Positions 9,173-18,257 of a stretch of 45,207 nt of DNA are shown piece after piece; positions within the stretch are counted from its first letter, which is position 1; each line of letters begins with the position of its first letter. The notes below the pieces were generated by a model that had not been told where the DNA came from, did not search any database, and was given only the letters and a program-made list of their open reading frames with translations. The position numbers were made by a program, and so were the translations under genes. The stretch covers positions 1-45,207 of the forward strand of contig JACCZN010000142.1 of assembly GCA_013695915.1 (NCBI GenBank), read 5' to 3'. The DNA comes from Rubrobacter sp. Lineage in GTDB: Bacteria > Actinomycetota > Rubrobacteria > Rubrobacterales > Rubrobacteraceae.

Positions 9173-9178
9173 AGTCTA
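9173..9178 (-). promoter_or_regulatory. -10 element TAGACT, probable leaderless ftsK transcript
   Basis: TAGACT-TACGGGT-ATG, 7 nt spacing, no SD. Confidence 0.45.
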
Positions 9179-9231
9179 GCGCACGAGCCTACGACCCTCG
9201 TCCTGGCACCCTATATTGTGCGGGCTCTGGC

Positions 9232-10890
9232 CTACACCTCAACTATTAGCGGCAGGATGATCGGGCGCTTCTGCGACTTGTCCGAGAGGAAGCCGGAGAG
9301 GTCGCGCCGGATCTCCTTCTTCAACTCGCCCCAGTCGGTTATCTGCTTCTTGGCCGTTCTCTCCAGAGTCTGCGTTACCACGTCCCGGGAGTCGCCGATG
9401 AGCCCGTTCGCGTCCTGCTGGCTCATGAAGCCCCGCGAGATCACATCCGGCTCGCCCAGGAGCTGGCCGTTCTGCGCGTTTATCCGGGCTACCACGATGA
9501 ACATGCCGTCCTCCGAGAGCTGCTGGCGCTCCCGGATTATGGAGTCGGAGGTATCGCCGAACGTACCGCCGTCTACGAGGAACATTCCGGAAGCCACCTT
9601 GTCGAGCTTGCGGGCCTTGCCGTCCTTGAACTCAACCCCAACCCCGTTCTCGAGCACAAAGATGTTGTCCCGGGGAATCCCCAGCTCGACGCCCGTCTGG
9701 GCGTGATGGTACTGGTGGCGGAACTCACCGTGGAACGGCACGAGGTACCGGGGCTTGAGCAGGGAGAGCACGAGCTTCTGCTCTTCCTTTGCGGCGTGAC
9801 CCGAGACGTGTACGGCCTCCAGAGGGCTGTAATGCACCTCCGCTCCGAGCTTCATGAGGTTGTTGATCGTGCGCCCAACCCCGCGCTCGTTGCCGGGGAT
9901 GGGGTGCGCCGCGACCACGACCGTGTCTCCCGGTCCGGCCTCTATGGTCTTGTGCGCGCCGTTGGCCACCCGGGAGAGCGCCGCCAGCGGCTCGCCCTGG
10001 GAGCCGGTCATCAGGACGACGATGTCCGAGTCCGGCACCTTGTTGATGTCCCGCTGCTCGACCATCATCGACTTCGGAAGGTCGAGGTAACCCAGGTCCC
10101 GGGCTATCTGGACGTTCCGGACCATGGACCTTCCGGCCACACCTACGAGCCGCCCGTGAGCCTTCGCTGCCTCCACGACCTGGCTGATCCTGTGCAGGTG
10201 CGAGGCGAACGAAGCCACGATGACCCTGCCCGTGGCCTCTCCTATGATGCGCCCGAGCGTCTCACCGACGCTCCTCTCCGAGGGAGTGTGTCCCGGACGC
10301 TCGCTGTTGGTGGAGTCCCCGAAGTACGCGAGTACGCCCTCCTCGCCGAGCGAGGACATCCGCGCGAGGTCCATCGGACGCCCGTCTATCGGGGTCAGGT
10401 CTATCTTGTAGTCGCCGGAAAAGAAGATCAGACCCGCAGTAGTGCGGATCGAGATGGCGACGGCGTCCGGTATAGAGTGGTTCACGTCCACGAACTCCAG
10501 CCCGAAACCGCCGAGCTTCATCTTGTCCCCACCCTTTATCTCCCGGAGATCGCCCTTCTTTATGCCGAACTCCTGGAGCTTGGACTTTATGAGACCGAGG
10601 GTGAGCTTGGTCGCGTAGACGGGCACGTTGAACTCGCGCAGGAGGTACGGCACAGCCCCTACGTGGTCCTCGTGACCGTGGGTAATGACGATGCCCTTGA
10701 ACTCGTTTGCGTGCTCCCGGATGTAGGTGAAGTCCGGCAGCACCAAGTCTATGCCCGGCATCTCATCGTCCGGGAAGGTCATCCCGGCGTCGACCAGTAT
10801 CATGCCGCTCCCCTGCCGCACGGCGGTCATGTTCTTGCCGATCTCACCGAGCCCCCCGAGGGGTATTACTTGTAGCGTTCCGTTATCCAA
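9232..10890 (-). CDS. rnj: Ribonuclease J
   Basis: PLGGLGEIGKNM, THGHEDHVG, NHSIPD, TGSQGEP, HVSGHA, RPIILPLIVEV; TTG start. Confidence 0.97.
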   Translation of the reverse strand: MDNGTLQVIPLGGLGEIGKNMTAVRQGSGMILVDAGMTFPDDEMPGIDLVLPDFTYIREHANEFKGIVITHGHEDHVGAVPYLLREFNVPVYATKLTLGLIKSKLQEFGIKKGDLREIKGGDKMKLGGFGLEFVDVNHSIPDAVAISIRTTAGLIFFSGDYKIDLTPIDGRPMDLARMSSLGEEGVLAYFGDSTNSERPGHTPSERSVGETLGRIIGEATGRVIVASFASHLHRISQVVEAAKAHGRLVGVAGRSMVRNVQIARDLGYLDLPKSMMVEQRDINKVPDSDIVVLMTGSQGEPLAALSRVANGAHKTIEAGPGDTVVVAAHPIPGNERGVGRTINNLMKLGAEVHYSPLEAVHVSGHAAKEEQKLVLSLLKPRYLVPFHGEFRHQYHHAQTGVELGIPRDNIFVLENGVGVEFKDGKARKLDKVASGMFLVDGGTFGDTSDSIIRERQQLSEDGMFIVVARINAQNGQLLGEPDVISRGFMSQQDANGLIGDSRDVVTQTLERTAKKQITDWGELKKEIRRDLSGFLSDKSQKRPIILPLIVEV

Positions 10891-10975
10891 TATCCTCTAC
10901 TGCCTCTCTGTTCGTCTCCCCCACAACGTCCTCCCGGAGGAGCTCCGTACTGCGGGAGCTTTCTTACAAACGACA

Positions 10976-11036
10976 AACCGCGCGAGCCCCGCGGACCTTC
11001 CCGCCTCGCGAGAGGGTCCGCGGAGAGCCCGCGGTT
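10976..11036 (-). terminator. Long hairpin followed by an interrupted U tract between the M16 gene and rnj (terminator or processing site)
   Basis: AACCGCGGGCTCTCCGCGGACCCTCTCGC-GAG-GCGGGAAGGTCCGCGGGGCTCGCGCGGTT then TGTCGTTTG. Confidence 0.55.
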
Positions 11037-11078
11037 ATGGGCTATGGCACGACCTCCGGCCTCTGCCGGAGCGCCGCC

Positions 11079-12335
11079 CTAGTTGGTGCTCAGGTACCTC
11101 CCGAGGTCGAGCTCCTTGGGACCGACCGCCGAGAGGTACATGTCCTCGAGGTTCAGGTGCTCGTTCGCCAGCCGACGTATGTCCTCGGCCGTCACCGCCT
11201 CGATGCGCTCGGAGATCTCCGCCGGCGTCAGGAGCTCGGAGCCGGTTATGACGCTCCGGCCTATCCTGGTCATCCTGGCCGCCGTGCTCTCCAGAGCGAG
11301 CAGGGTGGAGCTCTTAAGCTGCGCCTTGGTCCTCTCTAGCTCCTCCTCCCCCACAGACTCCTCCTGCACGGCCTGTAGCTGCTCGGAGATCACCTTTACC
11401 GCCTCCTCGACGTTCCCCGTCGTGGAGCCGACGTACACCTTGGTCGCCCCCGCGTCGGAGTAGCCCTGGTGGTAGGAGAAGACCGCGTAGGCGAGGCCCC
11501 GCTTCTCCCGGACCTCCTGGAAGAGCCGGCTCCCCATGCTCCCGCCGAGCACGTTGTTCAACGCCGCCATGGCGTACCGGTCCTCGCTGCCCGCCGGCAG
11601 CCCGAGGGAACCGAGCGAGACGTGGTACTGCTCGGTCTCCTTGAACTTGTAGAAGAAACGGCTCTCCGGGCGCTCGAAGCTCGCCCGCCGGGCGAAAGAA
11701 TCCCCCACAGGCATGCCCCCGAGCTTCTCCTCCACCAGGCGCTCGAACTCCTCGGAGTCCAGCCGACCAGCGCCCACCACGAACACGTTTGAGGTATTAT
11801 ACGTGTCTCTGTGGAAGTCCTGGAGGATAGCGTGGTCTACGCCGCGGACGGTCTCGGCGGAGCCTATTATGGGCCGTCCGAGGTTGTCGCCGTTGAAGAT
11901 CAGGCCGGATAGGTACTCGTCGGCCATCTGGTCGGGCCGGTCCTCGTACATCTTTATCTCTTCGACTATTACCTCGCGCTCCCGTTCGAGGTCTGCGAGG
12001 GTCGGGTTCAGGACGAGGTCGGCCATAAGGTCGAGGGCGGACTCGAGGTGCTCGGGCAGGAAGCGCGCGTAGAGGGTAGTGTACTCCTCTCCGGTCGCCG
12101 CGTTCTCCTGGGCCCCGATGCTCTCGAAGTCCTGGGCCACCTTGAGGGCGTCCCGGGAGGGCGTGCCCTTGAAGAGCATGTGCTCCATCAGGTGGGTAAT
12201 GCCGGCGACGGCGTCCCTCTCGTCACGGCTGCCGGCCCGGATCCAGAGCCCCAGAGAGACGCTGGTGGCCTCCTCCAGGGGCTCGGAGAAGACCCGGACG
12301 CCGCCGGGGAGGGTTTTCGTGCGTACGTTGCCCAT
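11079..12335 (-). CDS. M16 (pitrilysin/MlpA-like) zinc peptidase
   Basis: HLMEHMLFKGT inverzincin motif, SRLFQEVREKRGLAY; usual position after pnp. Confidence 0.93.
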   Translation of the reverse strand: MGNVRTKTLPGGVRVFSEPLEEATSVSLGLWIRAGSRDERDAVAGITHLMEHMLFKGTPSRDALKVAQDFESIGAQENAATGEEYTTLYARFLPEHLESALDLMADLVLNPTLADLEREREVIVEEIKMYEDRPDQMADEYLSGLIFNGDNLGRPIIGSAETVRGVDHAILQDFHRDTYNTSNVFVVGAGRLDSEEFERLVEEKLGGMPVGDSFARRASFERPESRFFYKFKETEQYHVSLGSLGLPAGSEDRYAMAALNNVLGGSMGSRLFQEVREKRGLAYAVFSYHQGYSDAGATKVYVGSTTGNVEEAVKVISEQLQAVQEESVGEEELERTKAQLKSSTLLALESTAARMTRIGRSVITGSELLTPAEISERIEAVTAEDIRRLANEHLNLEDMYLSAVGPKELDLGRYLSTN

Positions 12336-12344
12336 GCTCAAGCT

Positions 12345-14414
12345 CTAGTCCTCCAGCTTCTCCAGGGAGATGCGGTTCTGCTTGTCGATCTCCAGCACGC
12401 GGACCTTTATCTGGTCGCCCTCGGTGACCACGTCCTCCACCTGCTCGACGCGCTCCTTGCCCGGCGCCAAACGCGAGATGTGTACGAGGCCGTCGCGGCC
12501 CGGCGTGAGCTCCACAAAGGCCCCGAAGTTCGTGATCTTCACGACCTTGCCCGTGTAGATGTCTCCGGCCTCCACGTCCTTTATCATGCCGTTTATCGCG
12601 GAGACGGCGGCCTTGGTGGAGACACCTTCGACCCCGGCCACGAAGACCGTGCCGTCGTTCTCCACGGAGATGTTCACACCGTACTGCTCCTGCATCCCGT
12701 TTATCGTCTTCCCGCCCGGCCCGATTATCATCCCGATCTTGTCCGTCGGGACCTGGAGCACCTCGACCCGCGGGGCGTAGTCCGAGACCTCGGGGCGAGG
12801 CTCGGCGATGTTCGCCTTCATGATGTCCAGGATCTCCACGCGCCCGGCCCTGGCCTGCGCCAGAGCCTCGCGCAAGAGACCCGCCGAGACACCGGTGATC
12901 TTCATGTCCATCTGGAGCGCCGTGATGCCGTCCCGAGTGCCCGCGACCTTGAAGTCCATGTCGCCGAGGTGGTCCTCGAGACCCTGGATGTCCGTGAGGA
13001 TCACGTAGTCCTCACCCTCCTTGACGAGGCCCATCGCCACACCGGCGACGGGAGCCTTGATCGGCACGCCGCCGTCCATGAGCGCGAGCGTCGAGCCGCA
13101 GACGCTGCCCATGGAGGAGGAGCCGTTGGACTCCAGGACCTCCGAGGTAATACGGAGCGCGTACGGGAACTCCTCTTCCGAGGGCACGACCGGCAGCAGC
13201 GCCCGCTCCGCGAGCGCCCCGTGTCCGACCTCGCGCCTGCGGGGCGCGCCGAGACGGCCCGTCTCCCCGGTCGAGAACGGCGGGAAGGAGTAGTGGTGCA
13301 TGTAGCGCTTGGTGGTCTCCGGCTCCAGGGTGTCGAGCCTCTGCGAGAGCCCGAGGTCCGCTAGGGCCAGCGAGGAGAGCACCTGCGTCTCGCCGCGGGA
13401 GAAGAGGCCCGTGCCGTGGATGCGCGGCAGAGCCTGCACCTCGGCCGTTGTAGGCCGTAGCTCGTCGAACCCGCGGAGGTCCGTGCGCTTGCCGTCCTTC
13501 AGGAGCAGCTCGCGGAAGGCGTCCTTCTCGAGCTCCGAGAGCGCCGACTTGATGAGCGCGGCATCCTCCTCCTCGCGGCCCTCCGTAAGCTCGTCCCGGA
13601 GGTCGTCGAGGTCCGTCCGCCGCGCCCGGCGGTCGGTGTTTACGATGGCGTCCTTTACGCGGCCGAACTGGGCGGAGCGCAGCTCCCCGAGGAACGGGTT
13701 CTCTCCCGCCGTCTCCTCTACCTGCTGGTTCTCCTTGCCGTGCTCCGCGGCCCACTTCTCTATGGCCTCGGCCTGGGCGGAGATGGTCTCCTGAGCGACC
13801 TGCAGCGCGTCCACGACCACGTCCTCCGGGACCTCGTTGCCGCCGGCCTCGACCATGGTGATGGCGTCTTTAGTACCCGCCACCACGAGGTCGAGGTCGC
13901 TCTCGGAGATCTGCTCGTAGGTCGGGTTGAGGATAAAGTCGCCGTCCGGTCCCCGCGCCACGCGCACGGCCCCTATGGGACCGTCGAACGGCAGGTCCGA
14001 CAGCGAGAGGGCCGCGGAGGCCCCTACCATGCTCACGGTGTCGAACGGTACCTGCTGGTCCGCGACGAGGACGGTGCCTATGACCTGTATCTCGTTGCGG
14101 TAGCCCTTCGGGAAGAGCGGCCGTATGGGCCGGTCCGTTAGCCGGGAGGTGAGTATCGCCCGGTCCGAGGGACGGCCCTCACGCTTCAGGAAGCCGCCCG
14201 GTATCTTGCCCGCGGAGGTCATCCTCTCTTCTATGTCGACGCTCAGGGGCAGGAAGTCCACCCCGGGGCGCGGGGACTGCGACCGGGTGGCCGTGGACAG
14301 GATGACCGTGTCCCCCAATTGAGCCGTGACCGAGCCGCCGGCCTGACGCGCCAGCTTGCCGGTTTCGAGCACCAGCGAACGCTCGCCGACGGGTATCTCC
14401 AAACGCATATTCAT
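12345..14414 (-). CDS. pnp: Polyribonucleotide nucleotidyltransferase
   Basis: [53 protein letters not shown] and S1 domains. Confidence 0.99.
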   Translation of the reverse strand: MNMRLEIPVGERSLVLETGKLARQAGGSVTAQLGDTVILSTATRSQSPRPGVDFLPLSVDIEERMTSAGKIPGGFLKREGRPSDRAILTSRLTDRPIRPLFPKGYRNEIQVIGTVLVADQQVPFDTVSMVGASAALSLSDLPFDGPIGAVRVARGPDGDFILNPTYEQISESDLDLVVAGTKDAITMVEAGGNEVPEDVVVDALQVAQETISAQAEAIEKWAAEHGKENQQVEETAGENPFLGELRSAQFGRVKDAIVNTDRRARRTDLDDLRDELTEGREEEDAALIKSALSELEKDAFRELLLKDGKRTDLRGFDELRPTTAEVQALPRIHGTGLFSRGETQVLSSLALADLGLSQRLDTLEPETTKRYMHHYSFPPFSTGETGRLGAPRRREVGHGALAERALLPVVPSEEEFPYALRITSEVLESNGSSSMGSVCGSTLALMDGGVPIKAPVAGVAMGLVKEGEDYVILTDIQGLEDHLGDMDFKVAGTRDGITALQMDMKITGVSAGLLREALAQARAGRVEILDIMKANIAEPRPEVSDYAPRVEVLQVPTDKIGMIIGPGGKTINGMQEQYGVNISVENDGTVFVAGVEGVSTKAAVSAINGMIKDVEAGDIYTGKVVKITNFGAFVELTPGRDGLVHISRLAPGKERVEQVEDVVTEGDQIKVRVLEIDKQNRISLEKLED

Positions 14415-14462
14415 TTGCTCCTCTTCGATGCTATTGTTCGAGGTTGAGAGGCCGGATACCCG

Positions 14463-14729
14463 CTACCTGCGCAGGCCGAGCTTCGCGATGAGCGCGCGGT
14501 AGCGCTCCACGTCGGTCTTCTGCACGTACTTGAGCAGCCTGCGGCGCTTCCCGACCATCTTCAAGAGCCCGCGCCGGGAATGGTAATCGTGCTTGTGCTG
14601 GCGCATGTGCTCGGTGAGGTCGCTTATGCGCCGGGTGAGCACCGCTATCTGCACGTCGGACGAGCCCGTATCCCCCTCGTGGGCCTGGTGCTCGCGTATT
14701 ATCTCTGATTTATCTTCTAGTACCGCCAA
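14463..14729 (-). CDS. rpsO: 30S ribosomal protein S15
   Basis: [40 protein letters not shown]; TTG start. Confidence 0.99.
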   Translation of the reverse strand: MAVLEDKSEIIREHQAHEGDTGSSDVQIAVLTRRISDLTEHMRQHKHDYHSRRGLLKMVGKRRRLLKYVQKTDVERYRALIAKLGLRR

Positions 14730-14786
14730 CTGCTCTTCTCTCCTCTTTACTTTCTCTCTTATTATCGTCTCTCTGTGTCTTCAGGA

Positions 14787-14797
14787 TATGCTACCAC
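14787..14797 (-). promoter_or_regulatory. Extended -10 promoter candidate for rpsO (TGTGG-TAGCAT)
   Basis: Minus strand CCTGTGGTAGCATATCC about 57 nt upstream of rpsO. Confidence 0.45.
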
Positions 14798-14802
14798 AGG
14801 TA

Positions 14803-15723
14803 TCAATTATCTTCGCTCGTAAAGGTCCCATCTTCGCTCGTAAAGGTCCCGGCCCTGCGGCGGGCCTCCGCGACGTCCCGGGAGATCTGGACCTTCAGCT
14901 CCTCGAGGCCCGAGAAACGCTTCTCGCCCCTCAACGACTCCACGAAGCCCACGTCTACCGTCCGGCCGTAGAGGTCTCCCTCGTAGTCCAGCAGGTGAGC
15001 CTCGACCCGGCTCTCCTGCCGGTCGAATGTCGGGGCTACACCGACGTTGGTACAGGCCCCGTAACGTACTCCTTCCCCCACGATCTCCACGAACCCGGCG
15101 TACACCCCACGGACCGGGACGAGCGCACGGGGGTCCGGCAGGACGTTGGCGGTCGGGAACCCGATGGTCCTGCCCCGCCGGTCCCCGACGACGACCTCGC
15201 CCCGCAGCACGTACGCCCGGCCGAGGAGCCGCCCGGCTTCGGAGACCTCCCCCGCCGAGATGAGCTGCCGGACGCGCGAGGAGCTCACCCGGTCGTACAG
15301 CGGAACCGGGTACAGCTCGCCGCCACGCGCCCCGAGGAGGACCGCCAGCTCCTCGACGCCGCCCGAGGCCCGATACCCGAACCTGAAGTTCTCCCCCACC
15401 ACCACGGCCCCCGCGCCGAGCTCCCCCACGAGCACGTCCCGCACGAACTCCTCGGGAGACTTCCTGGAGAGCTCGCGGTCGAACCGGATGCAACGCACCT
15501 CGTCCACCCCGCAACCCAGAAGCGCCTCCCGCCGCAACTCCGGCGTAGAGAGCAGCGGCGGCTCGCTCCCCGGCCTCAGGACAGCCCTCGGGTGGGGATC
15601 AAAGGTAGCCGCCACCACCCGGGCACCGCTCTCCCGGCCCGCCTCGACGGCCCGCCGGACTACGGCCTGATGCCCGAGGTGTACCCCGTCGAACGTGCCC
15701 AGAGCCACAACTACCCCGCGCAC
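14803..15723 (-). CDS. ribF: Bifunctional riboflavin kinase/FAD synthetase
   Basis: GTFDGVHLGHQ, TFDPHP, VVGENFRFG, SSSRVR, GRTIGFPTAN, NVGVAPTF, EAHLLD. Confidence 0.97.
   Translation of the reverse strand: MRGVVVALGTFDGVHLGHQAVVRRAVEAGRESGARVVAATFDPHPRAVLRPGSEPPLLSTPELRREALLGCGVDEVRCIRFDRELSRKSPEEFVRDVLVGELGAGAVVVGENFRFGYRASGGVEELAVLLGARGGELYPVPLYDRVSSSRVRQLISAGEVSEAGRLLGRAYVLRGEVVVGDRRGRTIGFPTANVLPDPRALVPVRGVYAGFVEIVGEGVRYGACTNVGVAPTFDRQESRVEAHLLDYEGDLYGRTVDVGFVESLRGEKRFSGLEELKVQISRDVAEARRRAGTFTSEDGTFTSEDN
14809..14850. repeat. Perfect 21-bp tandem duplication at the ribF 3' end
   Basis: ATCTTCGCTCGTAAAGGTCCC x2, encoding GTFTSED-GTFTSED. Confidence 0.95.
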
Positions 15724-16607
15724 AACACCGCCTCCGCCCGCCCGGCCCCGTCCCGGAACCGGTAGACCGCGAGCAACTCCCCCGCCTCCTCCACCCGGAA
15801 GCTCCCCCCTCCCGCCGGGTCCTCCTCAAGCTCCAGAGGCCGCCCGTTGCACACCCCCCGCCGCCCCTGCGGCCCCACCTCCACCACCGGCAGGTGAGAG
15901 ACCACCTCACTTGAAGGTATTATGCGGTTATATATCTCAGGCTCGGAGAGGTCTTCGAGGTGGACGGCATCCTGGAGGTCCAGGTGGGCTACGGAGGTCC
16001 GGCGCAGGGCGGTGAGGTAGGCTCCGGTGCCCAGGGAGCTGGCGAGGTCTGAGATCAGGGTCCTGACGTAGGTGCCGCTGCTGCACACGAGCTCGAAGGT
16101 CGCGGAGGGTACTCCGGGGTCGTAGGAGACGAGAGCCAGGGAGTGGACCGTTACGGGGCGGGTCTCGCGCTCCACGGTCTCGCCGCGGCGGTGGAGCTTG
16201 TAGAGGCGCTCGCCGCCGACCTTGACCGCGGAGGCCATCGGCGGTAGCTGGTGGAGGTCTCCGGTAAAGGAGGGGATGGAGGCCTGTATCTCCCTTTCCG
16301 TGGGCACCGGGGCACCGGGGAGTGGAGACAGCTCGCCCTCGGCGTCCAGGGTGTCGGAGGTCGCGCCGAGGGTCGCGGTCGCGGTGTAGCTCTTGTGCAG
16401 GCCGGTGATGTAGCGGGAGAGACGGGTGGCCCGGCCCACGAGCAGCACGAGGAGGCCGGATGCCAGGGGGTCCAGGGTGCCGGTGTGCCCGATCCTGGTC
16501 CTCTTCGGCAGCAGCCGCTTCACTTCGGCGACGGCCCGGGCGCTAGACATGCCGGGCGGCTTCTCCAGGAGAACCGCGCCCGACGGGGCTCTCCCCGGAG
16601 CTTCTAT
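15711..16607 (-). CDS. truB: tRNA pseudouridine(55) synthase
   Basis: GAVLLEKPPGMSS, GHTGTLDPLASG, CSSGTYVRTL, LTALRRT. The ORF-track start at 17390 overlaps nrnA; the plausible start is ATA at 16607 overlapping the nrnA stop (start uncertain). Confidence 0.93.
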   Translation of the reverse strand: MEAPGRAPSGAVLLEKPPGMSSARAVAEVKRLLPKRTRIGHTGTLDPLASGLLVLLVGRATRLSRYITGLHKSYTATATLGATSDTLDAEGELSPLPGAPVPTEREIQASIPSFTGDLHQLPPMASAVKVGGERLYKLHRRGETVERETRPVTVHSLALVSYDPGVPSATFELVCSSGTYVRTLISDLASSLGTGAYLTALRRTSVAHLDLQDAVHLEDLSEPEIYNRIIPSSEVVSHLPVVEVGPQGRRGVCNGRPLELEEDPAGGGSFRVEEAGELLAVYRFRDGAGRAEAVLCAG

Positions 16608-17587
16608 CTCTGGTCCCCGGCTCCGCCGTCCCGTGAGGCGCCGTCGAGGTCCACTATCGTGCGGAGCTTCTCGAGCAGCTCCTCCTTCGCCCCGGCCGGG
16701 GGGTGCGGCGAGGTGTAGCCCGCCGCGAGGCGGTGTCCGCCGCCCCCGAACACCCGCGCCACGGCCCCGACGTCCACTGTCTCCGAGCGCAGGGAGGCCT
16801 TGGACCCCTCCTCCACCTCCCGCAGGTGGGCGACGAGCTCCACCCCCGCGACGGTCCGCAGGTGGTCTATGGCCTCCTTGGAGTCGAGCTCCGTGGCTCC
16901 GGCCCGCCGGTAGTCCCCGGCGTCCACGGTCGAGACGATGGCCTCGCCGTGGCGCCGGGCGTTGGCGAGCGAGCGGCCGACGATGTTCAACTGCTCTATC
17001 GTGCCGGTGCGGTTCAGACGATCGTCCACCTCCGCCGGTACCACCCCGGCCCGCAGCAGCCTGGCTACCAGCTCGTGCATCTCCGGCGAGGTGTTGCGGA
17101 ACCGGAAGCCGCCGGTGTCCGTTATGAGGCCCGTGTAGAGGGCCTCGGCGGCTTCCTTGTGCAGCGGCACCCCGAGCTCGGCGTAGAGGCCCGCCACGAC
17201 CTCCGCGCTCGCGGCGGCCCGGGAGTCCACGAGGTTCACCTCCCCGTAGAGCGGGTTGTCCTCGTGGTGGTCCAGGTTCAGGCCGGCCGTCTCGTGGTCC
17301 ACCCCGGCCCGGTCCGGGCGCGAGGTGTCCAGGACGAGCAGGGTCCGGTCCGGGGGCAGCTCGGTCAGCACCTCCTCCGGCGGCAGCCACCGCAGGTAGT
17401 TCGGCACCTCTTCCTGGTGGCAGATCACGGCGTCGGCCCCCAGCGCGCGCACGAGGTAGAAGAGCGCCACCGTGGAGCCTATGGCGTCGCCGTCGGCCCC
17501 CGTGTGGGTGGTGATGGCGACCCTGTCGAGGCTCCGGAGGTAGTCGGCCACCTCGCCCCGGGTATTATTCTTCGCGGTCTCCTGCAT
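16604..17587 (-). CDS. nrnA: DHH/DHHA1 oligoribonuclease / pAp phosphatase (NrnA-like)
   Basis: HTGADGDAIGS, LDHH, TDTGGFRF, GGGGHRLAAG; between rbfA and truB. Confidence 0.9.
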   Translation of the reverse strand: MQETAKNNTRGEVADYLRSLDRVAITTHTGADGDAIGSTVALFYLVRALGADAVICHQEEVPNYLRWLPPEEVLTELPPDRTLLVLDTSRPDRAGVDHETAGLNLDHHEDNPLYGEVNLVDSRAAASAEVVAGLYAELGVPLHKEAAEALYTGLITDTGGFRFRNTSPEMHELVARLLRAGVVPAEVDDRLNRTGTIEQLNIVGRSLANARRHGEAIVSTVDAGDYRRAGATELDSKEAIDHLRTVAGVELVAHLREVEEGSKASLRSETVDVGAVARVFGGGGHRLAAGYTSPHPPAGAKEELLEKLRTIVDLDGASRDGGAGDQR

Positions 17588-17945
17588 CCTTTTTGACCTC
17601 CCTGAGTGCGGCGTCTATCCGGCTGGCCTTGTCGACGGTCGGGTCCGGCTCGAAGACGAGCCGGGGCGTGCGCCGTAGGCGCGTCTGGGCCCCGACGCTG
17701 GATTGTAACCGTCCTGCGGCGCTCTGCAGGCCCTCCCGGGCCTCTTCCCGGTCCTCGCCTTCGAGGAGACTGTAGTAGACCGTTGCGTAGGAGAGGTCCG
17801 GCGTGACCCGGACGCCGGTAACGGTGACGAGGCCGTGGATCCTGGGGTCCGAGAGCCGGTCGACCTCCTCGCCCACTATCTCCTTGATCTGCGACTCTAT
17901 CTTGCGGGTGCGCCCGGAGGCCCCGCCCGCTCCGCCGTCGCTCAC
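17565..17945 (-). CDS. rbfA: Ribosome-binding factor A
   Basis: LSDPRI, VTVTGVRVTPDLSYATVY, LRRTPRLVFEPD. Confidence 0.96.
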   Translation of the reverse strand: MSDGGAGGASGRTRKIESQIKEIVGEEVDRLSDPRIHGLVTVTGVRVTPDLSYATVYYSLLEGEDREEAREGLQSAAGRLQSSVGAQTRLRRTPRLVFEPDPTVDKASRIDAALREVKKDAGDREE

Positions 17946-18232
17946 AGCTTTACGAACTCCTCTCGCCAGTCGAGTATCGCAACGTCGTCGTAGTTCAGGA
18001 GGGCGCGCCGGACCTCCTCGCGCTTCTCCTCGGCCGCCGACCGGGAGACGGCGGCGAGCGCGAGCTCGAGGGTCGCCCGCTGCCAGAGGTCGTGGTGCTC
18101 GGTCTCGACCAGGGAGACGTTCTTGCGCCGGAGACGGTCCTTTACCGAGCGCACGACCTTCCGCTTCTCCTTGAGGCTGGAGGAGAACGGCAGCTCCAGC
18201 TCCAACCGTACCGTGCAGATCAAAGCCCGCAC
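17942..18232 (-). CDS. DUF503 (YlxP-like) protein
   Basis: SSLKEKRKVVRSVKDRL..NVSLVE..HHDLWQRA; conserved position between infB and rbfA. Confidence 0.9.
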   Translation of the reverse strand: MRALICTVRLELELPFSSSLKEKRKVVRSVKDRLRRKNVSLVETEHHDLWQRATLELALAAVSRSAAEEKREEVRRALLNYDDVAILDWREEFVKL

Positions 18233-18257
18233 ACCGGGAGGTGCCCGGGTGATTGGG

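Noticed and set aside
11796-11801. TATAAT inside the M16 peptidase gene as an rnj promoter
   Set aside because: It is about 900 nt from rnj with no supporting -35 or TG motif, so it may be chance.
14809-14850. 21-bp direct repeat as a CRISPR remnant or att site
   Set aside because: The copies are directly adjacent with no spacer, in frame within ribF, and there is no cas gene or integrase nearby.
16608-17390. Apparent 260-aa N-terminal extension of TruB (559-aa ORF)
   Set aside because: It is an alternative frame over nrnA with low-complexity R/G/P/A composition, not a real fusion.
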